The position numbers and the translations under genes were made by a program. DNA of 64,000 nucleotides from the NCBI GenBank assembly GCA_964614115.1, contig CAZTKR010000001.1, positions 10,614 through 74,613 of the forward strand, read 5' to 3'. Positions 49,379-59,400 of the stretch are shown piece after piece (the first letter of the stretch is position 1; every line of letters starts with the position of its first letter). The notes below the pieces were generated by a model. The model saw only the letters and a list, made by a program, of their open reading frames with translations, did not search any database and was not told the DNA's origin. Source of the stretch: an uncultured bacterium. Lineage in GTDB: Bacteria; Zhuqueibacterota; QNDG01; DSAB01.

Positions 49379-51673
49379 ATGGCACGGCGGCGAATGATTG
49401 GGGTTCTTTTTATACTTTTATTCTCGGTCTCCGCATATTCTGGGGACCTGGAGTTCAGCGCAGACTCGGTGCTTGCTCATATCCGTCATCTGAGCGTGAC
49501 CATCGGGCCGCGTCCTATGGGCTCGCAGAATGAACGAGTGGCCCTCGAGTGGGCGGCGCGGAGAATGGCCAACTATGGAGCAGACTCGGTGGCCATCATG
49601 AGGTTTCGGAAGGCACCCTCGAAGCGTATTGCGATGAATACCAACAGCGGCTCGGTCGTGGGCGTCTTTCGCGGAGACACAGACTCGACCATCGTCGTCG
49701 GGGGACACATCGATTCGGCAGATCGGGAGGTCCCCGGGGCCAACGACAATGCCTCGGGCGCGGCGACGGTTATCGAGCTGGCCCGGCTGTGGAGCACGCG
49801 GCCCAGGCACTACACGATGGTGTTCGTTGCCTTCGGAGGTGAAGAGTCGGGCTTGCATGGATCCAAGCATTTCGTCGAGCATTATCCGAATATCGACGAC
49901 GTTACTCTGATGATTTCCGTCGATATGACGGGTGCGGACGACGACATCGTCACGATTTTCGAGACAAAATCTGGACGGGCACCCGTGTGGTTGCTCCAGG
50001 ATGCGTTCCGATTGGACGGAGACCTCCAGATCAATCGACTGAAGTATCCCACCCATTTCTGTACGCTGAACAACCTTGCAGGAGGAGCAGGCTCGGATCA
50101 CGAACCGTTTGTGAATCGGGGTATACCGGCCATCGACTTTACCGTCGGGATTAACCGTTCCCCGATTCATACGCAGCAGGATGTTGTCGAATACATCCAC
50201 AAGCCCATGCTGACACACTGCGGCCAGCTGGTGGATGGACTTCTCAAGAAATACCAGAACCAGGGCATACCCGGGTCCCGAAGCAGTGCGTATATGCTCT
50301 GGCGGCCGCTGGGGTTTCTGGTGTTTATCCCCGCGTCCCTGTTCGTGGTTTTCAACCTGGTTGCCCTGTGTCTGGGCGTCTGTGCTTTTATTTACAGCCG
50401 TATACGCCGTCTCCGGATTGAAAGGGCCGAGCGTGTGCGATTTTCAGGATTCAAATTGTTCGTCATGCTCCCCGTGATCGCTGTTTTTGTACGTTCAGGG
50501 GGGTGGCTCTTAACGCTTGTCAAGGGCCTGAGATATCCCTGGTACGTGCATCTGGATGCGTATCTTTGGTACACACCCATCTGGCTTCTTGCCGGCGTGT
50601 GGATGGTCCTGCAGTTGAGCCGCAAATGGCGGTTCAGTCCCGATCCGTATGTGTATGCAAAACGCGGGCTCATCCTTCTGTTTCTCTATCTCATCGGTTG
50701 CGGACTGATGAGCATGCGACTGGCACTGTATCCTGCAGTGACCTTGATTCTTTTCGGGCTGGCCATCTTCGTCCGTCCGTCAATCCTGAAAATGGTGTTT
50801 GCCATCCTCGCTCCCCTTCCCATGTCCCGGTTGATCTTCTCCGAGGCCGTACCGTTTGCCGGAAGAGTCATGGCCCAGATAGGCATACTACTGGATGCGC
50901 CCTGGAAATCCATCCTCTTCCAGTTGGTTCTCATCCTACTTCTGGTTATCTGGTACGTACCGTTCATCTATACATTTTCTTATGCTGTCGTCTCCGTTCC
51001 AAGGTTGAAAGGTATGCTCAAACAATTCCGCAGGCCACTTTTTGGTCTTGGGATACTGGCGTTGATTCTGGTCTACGGCGGTGTGTTGTATGCTCTGCCA
51101 GCCTACAACGAGATGTGGCGGCCTTTTATTCATGTGAACGCGAAATACGATATCTCGAAGCAGGAGAGTGAGCTTGTCATCGTGGGGAACGAGTTTTTAC
51201 GGGATGTATCCGTGAAATCTGACACGTTGGAGGAGCACCTGCACGGACGGTTCAACAGGAAAGAACTGCCCATTGATTTCAAGGCCGAGTGGTTTCACAT
51301 CCACGGAAAAGAGACGGTCACGCCCGGCGACAGGGATACGCTGGATGTTCGGTGGCACATCACCAGCGACCGCGACTGGTATCGCCTAGCGCTGAGCCTG
51401 GAGGTGGACACACTGGAGGTCTATGATTTTCAATCGGATTTGGAATTTGCCCACGATAAGGATCGTGTACGCATCTCGTGGTTTGCAGACCCGCCAGATA
51501 ACGTACCGGTGGAAGCACGGTTCTCTGTTCACCCCGGTGCCCGGTTGATACGGAAGGTCACGGCTTACTACCCGGAGATGCCCGTGCCCATCCAGGTGTC
51601 ATCGCCGCTGGGTAATGTACGGTACCGTACCACCGTCACGCGGACCGATACATTGTTGATCTCGGAAATGTGA
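49379..51673 (+). CDS. M28 family aminopeptidase domain fused to a polytopic membrane domain and a C-terminal soluble domain
   Basis: N-terminal M28 (HIDSAD, NDNASGAA, EESGLHGS, DH). Then about 8 TM helices (aa ~300-560). Then a ~200-aa C-terminal domain. Confidence 0.8.
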   Translation: MARRRMIGVLFILLFSVSAYSGDLEFSADSVLAHIRHLSVTIGPRPMGSQNERVALEWAARRMANYGADSVAIMRFRKAPSKRIAMNTNSGSVVGVFRGDTDSTIVVGGHIDSADREVPGANDNASGAATVIELARLWSTRPRHYTMVFVAFGGEESGLHGSKHFVEHYPNIDDVTLMISVDMTGADDDIVTIFETKSGRAPVWLLQDAFRLDGDLQINRLKYPTHFCTLNNLAGGAGSDHEPFVNRGIPAIDFTVGINRSPIHTQQDVVEYIHKPMLTHCGQLVDGLLKKYQNQGIPGSRSSAYMLWRPLGFLVFIPASLFVVFNLVALCLGVCAFIYSRIRRLRIERAERVRFSGFKLFVMLPVIAVFVRSGGWLLTLVKGLRYPWYVHLDAYLWYTPIWLLAGVWMVLQLSRKWRFSPDPYVYAKRGLILLFLYLIGCGLMSMRLALYPAVTLILFGLAIFVRPSILKMVFAILAPLPMSRLIFSEAVPFAGRVMAQIGILLDAPWKSILFQLVLILLLVIWYVPFIYTFSYAVVSVPRLKGMLKQFRRPLFGLGILALILVYGGVLYALPAYNEMWRPFIHVNAKYDISKQESELVIVGNEFLRDVSVKSDTLEEHLHGRFNRKELPIDFKAEWFHIHGKETVTPGDRDTLDVRWHITSDRDWYRLALSLEVDTLEVYDFQSDLEFAHDKDRVRISWFADPPDNVPVEARFSVHPGARLIRKVTAYYPEMPVPIQVSSPLGNVRYRTTVTRTDTLLISEM

Positions 51674-51707
51674 GACATAACCGCACAATGATTCAGGAGG
51701 TGCGTGT

Positions 51708-52877
51708 ATGGAAAAGAATGAGTCCAGAAGGAACACCATCAAAAGACGAGAATTCATCAAGACCACGGCAGCGGCGGGTGCGGCCATGGTGCTGCCGTGT
51801 TTCGGTCCGTTTTCCAGCGCACCGGACGCGACGGATGTGTACTACAGCACCCTGGCCGATGCGTTGAACCGATTGCCCAACGCATTCCCCAGGACGAAAT
51901 CAAACGTCGAGGTCTTACTCCTGAAAAAAATATTTACACCCGAGGAGGCCTGGCTGGCCGGCCAGATGAGTGTCGAGAGAGAGGCAGTGGACAGCATCGC
52001 AAAACGAGTCGACTTGCCCGTGGACGACGTCCGGGAGAGGCTGGAGAAATTGTCGGAGCGCGGGTTCGTCTGGGGAGGACGGGATACATACAGGCTCGCA
52101 CCGTTCATCGTCGGGATATACGAATCCCAGTGGGAGGTCATGGATCATGAATTGGCCCATCTTTTCGAGGAGTGGATGGACGAGGGTGGGGCCGAATTCA
52201 TGCGGCCCAGGCCGGCCATACACCGCGTCATCCCGGCTCAGAGTGCGGTCAAGTCGGAATGGATTCTTCCCTACGATGACATCAAGGCCATCTTGAAAAA
52301 AATGAAATCGTTCCGTGTGCGGGACTGCATCTGCCGTCTTCAGCAGGACGAGCTGGAAGAAAGGCAGTGCGATTTTCCCCTCAAGACATGCCTTACCTTT
52401 ACCCCTTTCGAGCGCTCACCCAGCGAAAGAGACATCACCCTGGAGGATGCTCTGGCTCTCATCGATGAGACGGAGGAAGTGGGCCTGGTGCATTCGGTGA
52501 GCAATGTGGCCGGTGGTTTTTATTATGTGTGTAACTGCTGCGGATGCTGCTGCGGCATACTCCGGGGAATCACGGAATGGGGCATCGAAAAATCGGTGGC
52601 CGCTGCGAACTACTATGTTGATATCGATCCTGATTTATGTCAAGGCTGCGGGAAATGTGTAGACCGGTGCCAGATGAAAGCGGTGTCCATCCAGAACGGT
52701 GTGTCGGTGGTCGACCGCGACAAATGCATCGGTTGCGGCCTCTGCGTAACGGGCTGTCCGTTCGGAATCGCAAAGCTGGAACCCAAATCGGAAGATCAGA
52801 TCGTTCCGCCGCCGGAGAACCTGATGGTCTGGGAGAAGGAACGTCTGAAAAACCGGGGCCTATTAAAATCGGATTAA
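51708..52877 (+). CDS. Tat-signal iron-sulfur protein: 2x[4Fe-4S] ferredoxin domain plus Cys-rich CxCCGCCC cluster
   Basis: KRREFIKTTAAAGAAMV twin-arginine signal. CQGCGKCVDRC...P and CIGCGLCVTGCP motifs. An unusual VCNCCGCCCG cluster. The N-terminal half has a segment resembling a winged-helix fold. Confidence 0.7.
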   Translation: MEKNESRRNTIKRREFIKTTAAAGAAMVLPCFGPFSSAPDATDVYYSTLADALNRLPNAFPRTKSNVEVLLLKKIFTPEEAWLAGQMSVEREAVDSIAKRVDLPVDDVRERLEKLSERGFVWGGRDTYRLAPFIVGIYESQWEVMDHELAHLFEEWMDEGGAEFMRPRPAIHRVIPAQSAVKSEWILPYDDIKAILKKMKSFRVRDCICRLQQDELEERQCDFPLKTCLTFTPFERSPSERDITLEDALALIDETEEVGLVHSVSNVAGGFYYVCNCCGCCCGILRGITEWGIEKSVAAANYYVDIDPDLCQGCGKCVDRCQMKAVSIQNGVSVVDRDKCIGCGLCVTGCPFGIAKLEPKSEDQIVPPPENLMVWEKERLKNRGLLKSD

Positions 52878-52980
52878 TTTCTGGGCGTCATTGTTTTTAG
52901 GCTTTAAATTTATTAAAATAAATGTTACATTCGTGTGATACTGGTTTTCATTACGGTTTTGGCTGGATATTACAAGCATG

Positions 52981-53009
52981 TTGACTCATTCATCTCCGGG
53001 ATATATTAT
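52981..53009 (+). promoter_or_regulatory. Candidate promoter TTGACT-N17-TATTAT in an AT-rich 130-bp spacer
   Basis: Near-consensus hexamers, but the -10 abuts the TTG start used in the ORF track for the downstream gene. Either the promoter or that start is wrong. Confidence 0.2.
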
Positions 53010-55231
53010 TGAGAGATTTCAAGCACGCGTATCTGCATCGGTCTCTTCTGTTGTTTCTGATGTATGCATTGATTCATCAGGCGTTCGGCCAGGAACCGTA
53101 TGTGTTGTCCCGTATCCAGGCTCCCGTACAACTGGACGGAGTGAGCGATGAGCCGGCGTGGGCGGATATCGAACCGCTTCCCGTGGTCCAGCATGCACCG
53201 ATGTTCGGGAATCCGCCCAAAGAGCGAACGGAGATTCTCATCGCGTATGATGACGCGTATCTCTACGTGGCCGGACGACTCTTCATGCGCGATCCTGCGG
53301 GCGTTCAATCCACGTCCAAGAAAAGGGATTTCATGGGAGGGAATAGCGACTGGTTCGGCGTGATTCTGGATACGTTCAACGACAAGGAAAACGCCGTGGG
53401 ATTCTTCACCACACCCGCGGGTCTGAGGCTGGATGTGACGGTGTTCAACGATGCCCAGGGGGAAGAACCCATCAATGTCAGCTGGAACACGTTCTGGGAT
53501 GTCGAAACCGTTGTCAACAGCGACGGCTGGTTTGCCGAACTACGGATTCCGTTTTCAAGCCTTCGGTTTCAAGAAATCGACGGTCAGATCGTCATGGGGC
53601 TCATCGCCTGGCGGTGGATCGCGGCCTCATCGGAACAGATCATTTTCCCAGCCATTCCGAATAAGTGGGGCATGTGGAGTGCGTGGAAACCGTCCCAGGC
53701 CGGAGAGGTCAGCCTGAAAGGGATCCGCAGCCGGAGGCCCCTGTATGTCGTGCCTTACGTGCTGGGCGGATACGAGTACCTCAACGAGCTCAACGATGAC
53801 GAGACCGCCTATGAGCGCAGCGAAGAGCCCGCGTTCGAAGTCGGCCTGGATGTGAAGTACGGCCTCACCGACAACCTGACCGTGGACGTGACCCTGAATA
53901 CTGATTTTGCTCAGGTAGAGGCCGATGACCAGCAAGTCAACCTGACGCGTTTCTCCCTCTTTTTCCCGGAGAAACGCCTCTTTTTCCAGGAGCGTTCTAG
54001 CAATTTCGATTTTCAGCTGGGAGGGTCGCAGAATCTGTTTTACAGCAGACGTATCGGCATCCACGATGACCAGCCTGTGCGAATCCTGGGAGGCGCCCGA
54101 ATCGTCGGCCGTGTGGGGCCCTGGGATGTTGGCCTGATGAATATGCAAACGGCACGTACAGAGGAAGTGGTTTCGGAAAACTTTGGCGTGCTTCGGCTTC
54201 GTCGTCGGGTGATCAATCCCTACACGTATGCGGGCGGAATCGTGACTTCTCGAATCGGTGTCGACGGGCAGTATAACGTCACATACGGCCTTGACGGCAT
54301 TTTCCGTCTCTACGGGGATGATTATTTGAAAGTACACTGGGCTCAGTGTTTCGATGACAGCGCGAAAAACGATCCTTTTACCCTCACGCCCACGAGGATG
54401 AGCGTCAATTGGGAACGGAGAACGCTGGAGGGATTCGCGTACGATCTGGGTTATTCCCGGATGGGTGATGACTTTGAGCCCGGGATTGGATTCTTGGAGC
54501 GCGACGATGTGACCCGTATCGGCAACCGTGTGCTGTATGGATGGATTCCGGGAGAAGCGTCTCCTTTGCTGCGTCACGATGTGTTTCTTCAGGGGTTTTG
54601 GGTGCAGCGCAACAGCGACAAGAAGACAGAATCGGCGGAAATCGGACCGGGCTGGGAGTTTACGACCAAGTCGAACTGTTTTGGTAAGGTCGAGGCCAAG
54701 ATGTACTACGAAAACCTCACGGACACGCTGGAATTTTCCGACGATGTACATGTACCCCTCGGACAGTACAGATTCTACGGTCTTAAGGGATTTTTCCATT
54801 CGCCCATGGGGTATATGATGTATGCCATGATCAATGTGGAAGCAGGTTCTTTTTATGACGGTTGGCGTGTCACGACAAATATCATGCCGACATGGAGTCT
54901 TTCATCCGATCTGGAACTGAGTGGTTTTTATGAATACAACAGGGTGTCGTTCTCGAAACGGAACCTGGAATTGACGGCGCACATCGCAAGACTCCGGGCC
55001 ACTTGGATGTTGAGTATCGCCACGTCGTTTTCCGCCTTTATCCAATACAACAGCGCCATCGATGCGATCATTACCAATGTTCGGTTCCGGTACAATCCCA
55101 GGGAGGGAAACGATCTCTACGTTGTTTATGATGAGGGATTCAATACCCACCGATATCGGGACGACCTCGTTGCACCGGTCACCAGCAACCGTACGTTGCT
55201 GGTGAAGTACTCGTATACGTTTCAATTATAG
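53009..55231 (+). CDS. Putative outer-membrane protein: CBM9-like N-terminal domain plus DUF5916-like beta-barrel
   Basis: 740 aa. Signal peptide. The N-terminal region resembles carbohydrate-binding family 9 / DOMON. The long C-terminal region has alternating amphipathic strands and an aromatic-rich C-terminus (YSYTFQL). TTG start, uncertain. Confidence 0.6.
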   Translation: MRDFKHAYLHRSLLLFLMYALIHQAFGQEPYVLSRIQAPVQLDGVSDEPAWADIEPLPVVQHAPMFGNPPKERTEILIAYDDAYLYVAGRLFMRDPAGVQSTSKKRDFMGGNSDWFGVILDTFNDKENAVGFFTTPAGLRLDVTVFNDAQGEEPINVSWNTFWDVETVVNSDGWFAELRIPFSSLRFQEIDGQIVMGLIAWRWIAASSEQIIFPAIPNKWGMWSAWKPSQAGEVSLKGIRSRRPLYVVPYVLGGYEYLNELNDDETAYERSEEPAFEVGLDVKYGLTDNLTVDVTLNTDFAQVEADDQQVNLTRFSLFFPEKRLFFQERSSNFDFQLGGSQNLFYSRRIGIHDDQPVRILGGARIVGRVGPWDVGLMNMQTARTEEVVSENFGVLRLRRRVINPYTYAGGIVTSRIGVDGQYNVTYGLDGIFRLYGDDYLKVHWAQCFDDSAKNDPFTLTPTRMSVNWERRTLEGFAYDLGYSRMGDDFEPGIGFLERDDVTRIGNRVLYGWIPGEASPLLRHDVFLQGFWVQRNSDKKTESAEIGPGWEFTTKSNCFGKVEAKMYYENLTDTLEFSDDVHVPLGQYRFYGLKGFFHSPMGYMMYAMINVEAGSFYDGWRVTTNIMPTWSLSSDLELSGFYEYNRVSFSKRNLELTAHIARLRATWMLSIATSFSAFIQYNSAIDAIITNVRFRYNPREGNDLYVVYDEGFNTHRYRDDLVAPVTSNRTLLVKYSYTFQL

Positions 55232-55243
55232 GGCATTTCTACC

Positions 55244-55933
55244 ATGACAGGAAGAGATTCGGGCGTTCGCATCGATCCCATTACGCTGGGAATTACGGAC
55301 TGCTGGCTGATCCAGGCCGACGGCATCATCCTGGTCGATACAGGTGTACCCAATAAAGCAACACGTTTCGAACAGCGCCTCCGGAGTCTGGCCATTCGTC
55401 CTGAGGACATTCGACTCATCGTCATCACCCACGGACATTATGATCATATCGGATCGGCCAGGGACATCAAAGCCATCACAGGTGCACCCATTGCCATGCA
55501 TCACGAAGAGAGGGTTTGTCTCGAGAAAGGTCGGATATCCATGCCGCCGGGCGTGACGCCATGGGGTCGTTTGTTGATAAAGATGAGGGGTGTCGCCAAG
55601 CCGTTTATACGGGTTCCTGAGGCGGATGTAGACATAGGCATCACAGAGAAAGGACTTTCTCTGTCCGAATACGGGATTCCGGGAAGGGTGATTACCACGC
55701 CGGGTCATACCGGCGGTTCGGTCAGTGTCCTGCTGGAATCCGGCGAGGCGTTTGTCGGCGACCTGGCCATGAACAAGGCGCCTTTGCGGTTCACTCCTGG
55801 ACTTCCCATTTTCGCCGAGGACATTCATCGAGTGAAAGCGAGTTGGAAAAAGCTGATGGAGATGGGCGCTAAAACGATTTATCCAGGACACGGGAAACCG
55901 TTTTCCGTAGATGTCATTCGAAAGGCATTATAG
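55244..55933 (+). CDS. MBL-fold metallo-hydrolase
   Basis: 229 aa. VITHGHYDHIGSA motif and downstream His/Asp ligands. No SD, possibly coupled to the upstream gene. Confidence 0.8.
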   Translation: MTGRDSGVRIDPITLGITDCWLIQADGIILVDTGVPNKATRFEQRLRSLAIRPEDIRLIVITHGHYDHIGSARDIKAITGAPIAMHHEERVCLEKGRISMPPGVTPWGRLLIKMRGVAKPFIRVPEADVDIGITEKGLSLSEYGIPGRVITTPGHTGGSVSVLLESGEAFVGDLAMNKAPLRFTPGLPIFAEDIHRVKASWKKLMEMGAKTIYPGHGKPFSVDVIRKAL

Positions 55934-56009
55934 AGAGACAGTGTCTGCGATACGATTGTATTCCAAAGAAACGATACGATTTGTTTCATTGAAAACATGA
56001 GGTGTGACC

Positions 56010-56348
56010 ATGGCCGTCAAGACAAGGGTGATGGAAGACGTTGGCGTCGTCAAAGTGAAGGGCAATCTGATTGGGGGCGACGAAACGACGGAAGTACATG
56101 AAGCCGTGAAGCGTCTGGTTGCCGAGGACATTAAAAAAATCGTCATCGACCTTCATCGAGTCAAGTGGATGAACAGTCATGGCATCGGCATGCTGATGGG
56201 GTGCTATTCTACAGCGCAGAATGCGCAGGGCAAGCTGGCCGTTTCCAGGATTTCGGATAAGGTGAAGGACCTCCTCACGATGACACAGGTCATTAAACTC
56301 TTCGATGTGTTCGAGAGCGTGCACCAGGCTGTCAAGGCGATGGTCTAA
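56010..56348 (+). CDS. STAS-domain protein (anti-sigma-factor antagonist-like), orphan copy 2
   Basis: 113 aa. DLHRVKWMNSHGIGMLM. About 45% identical to the copy at 40542-40880. GAGGTG 7 nt upstream of ATG 56010. Confidence 0.8.
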   Translation: MAVKTRVMEDVGVVKVKGNLIGGDETTEVHEAVKRLVAEDIKKIVIDLHRVKWMNSHGIGMLMGCYSTAQNAQGKLAVSRISDKVKDLLTMTQVIKLFDVFESVHQAVKAMV

Positions 56349-56461
56349 GCTAAGAACATCACGATTACAAAAATATATCGCAAAGCGTTTAATTTCGTTT
56401 TGTGCATCAATGGACACATGCCACTGTTTAGAGGGAACTCAATGGAATAAGGAGGTAAGCA

Positions 56462-59400
56462 ATGGATAAGACACAGAGAAGCATAACAATGCGAATCATT
56501 GGAATGATGATCCTACTCGTGTTTTTTTCCATCGGATTCGGAACGGCTCGTTCGACGGAAAACAGGCCTTTGATGCGATTTCCAGACATTCATGATAACA
56601 CGGTGGTGTTCGTGTACGGCGAAGATATCTGGAAAGCACCAGCCGCAGGGGGCGTAGCCGTACGGCTGACCATTCACGACGGCGAGGAACGGTTTCCCAA
56701 GTTTTCGCCCGACGGGACGATGATCGCCTTCACGGGTGAGTACGACGGCAACAGCGATGTGTACGTTATGAGTGTGCACGGGGGCGACATTACACGGGTC
56801 ACCTACCATCCGGCATACGACCGTGTGGTGGGCTGGCATCCGACGAAGAATAAGATCATGTTCATATCCCGGAGGACGCATTTTCGATTCCTGCGACTGT
56901 ACCTCATTTCCCCCGACGGTACGGGAATGGAGGAGATGATTCTCCACAACATTGCCCAGGGCAGTTTCTCGCCAGACGGTAAGAAAGTAGCCTATAACAA
57001 GGTGGCTCGGGAGAACCGCACGTGGAAGCGGTACGAGGGCGGTACGGCCCAGGAGGTGTATCTGTATGACCTGGAGAGCAACAAGGAAACAAATCTGACC
57101 CAGTTTAGGGGCACGGACCGTATTCCCATGTGGATCGGAGATAAAATCTATTTCAGCTCGGACCGGGACCGTGTGCTGAACATCTATTCGGTGGATCCTG
57201 TCACGGGAACTATCGAGCAGATCACCCAGCATTCCGAATTTGATGTCCGGCGTCCCAGCGAGGGGGGCCATACCATCGTCTACGAACTCGGAGGTTCTTT
57301 GTGGATGCTGGACGTGAACACGAAAGAAACACAGCAGATTCCCATCCAGATCAAGACCGATGTGCCGGAAGTGCGCCCCGAACTAATCGATGTGAGTGAG
57401 CATATTCAGGGTTTCGACATCTCTCCTTCGGGGCAGCGTGCCCTGGTGGTAGCCCGGGGAGAGGTATTTACCGTGCCTAAAAAAGACGGGCCCATCAGGA
57501 ACCTCACCCTGGATTCCGGGTCGAGGGACAAGGATGCCGTATGGTCGCCAGACGGGAAAAGGATTGCGTACTTCTCGGATAAGGACGGTGAATACGACTT
57601 GTATCTCGTCGATCCCAGGGGGAAAACCGAAGCCGTCAGACTGACCCAGTATGAAGACGGATACCGCCATACACTCCGATGGTCGCCGAACAGCAAGAAA
57701 ATTGCTTTCACGGATCAGACCCTCGCGCTGTATGTTCTGGATATGGCTACCAAGAAAGTCATCCGAGTCGACAAGGCCGAGTTCGAGAACATCGATGTTT
57801 CCCTGGATCTGAAACCCATCTACGATTTTGCTTGGTCACCCGACAGCAGGTATATCGCCTATTCCATGATGAATCACGATCTGGTCTACCAGATTGCCAT
57901 CTACGATCTGGACACGGGTAAAATCCATCGGGTCTCCAACGAGTTGTTCAACGATTTTCATCCCGTGTTTTCGCGAGACGGTAAACGCCTTTTCTTTATA
58001 TCCAACCGCCGGTTCAATCCCACGTTCTGTGACTTCGAATGGGAGATGGTGTACAAGAAAACCTCGGGCATTTACTGCATGACACTGCAGAAGGATGTCG
58101 GGCCGTTTCTTTCACTCAATAGCGACGAGGAGTCGGAAGGCGAGTCCGATGCTAAGTCGACAAAAAAGAAGAAGGCTAACTTGGCCATCGACTTCGACGG
58201 GATCGTCGACAGGGTCGAGGCGCTTCCCCTACCGAGGGGGAATTATCGGTACCTGGCCGCGGGCGAGTCGGCTCTTTTTTACTTGAACAGAGACGAGGGC
58301 GATTTCAACCGGTTTGAATTCCGCGTACCCGAGACGATGACTCTCTACGCGTACGACTTTGAAAGTCGAGAAGAGGGAGTCGTCATCCAAGAGATCAACG
58401 GGTACAAGCTATCGGCCGATGGGTCTCATATCGTTTACAGACAGGGAGACGCCTTGGGCATCATCGCGTCCAGTGCGAGGAATTCCCACGGAGAACCTAT
58501 GGACCTGGCGAACCTGAAAATGTGGCTGCATCCCAAGGCCGAGTGGGCACAGATCTTCAACGAGGCGTGGCGTATGGAGCGGGATTTTTACTACGAGCCC
58601 AACATGCACGGTCTCGACTGGAACGCGATGAAGGAAAAATACGGCCAATTGATTCCGTATGCCTCCTGCCGGCGGGATATCCAGTTCATCGTGGGTGAGC
58701 TCATCGGCGAACTCAACACGTCGCATACGTATGTGTACGGCGGTGACCTCCGGCGCGAAGCGGAGGGCATTGATGTGGGCATGCTGGGTGCCGACTACGA
58801 GGTAGACGAGGCCGCTAACCGGTACCGGTTCAAGAAAATTCTGTCTGTGCCCGGATGGACGAGAGCTATTTTTCCGCCTCTGGCCAAACCGGGATTGAAT
58901 GTCCAGGAAGGGGATTACCTCCTGTCAGTAAACGGTGAAGAGGTGACGGCCGACAGGAACATCTACAGTTATTTTCAAGATCTGGCCGAGAAACAGGTCA
59001 TCCTTTTAATCAACGATAAACCCGCAAAGCAGGGGGCCCGGGAGATCGCCGTGGAACCGTTGGACGATGAGAACGCGTTGCGCTACCTCGACTGGGTGGA
59101 GCACAACCGCCGGACGGTCGAGAAGGCTTCCGACGGACAGATCGGATACATTCATCTGCCGGATACGTATACAAGCTCGGCACGGGAGTTTCCCAAGTAT
59201 TTCTACGGTCAGACGCGGAAGAAGGGCCTTATCATCGACGGCCGTTTTAACGGCGGCGGGCTCGACCCGGCCATCTTCCTGCAGCGCCTTCAGAAGAAGG
59301 CATGGTCATACTGGACACGGCGTTATTCCCACGACCAGACGAGTCCGCAACACTCCGTGAATGCCCATATGGTCTGCCTGACAAACCGGCAGGCCGGTTC

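Noticed and set aside
52981-53009. Near-consensus promoter TTGACT-N17-TATTAT considered as a confident promoter call.
   Set aside because: Its -10 element ends exactly at the TTG that must serve as start codon for a full signal peptide of the downstream gene. Promoter and start cannot both be right, so the promoter is kept only as a low-confidence feature.
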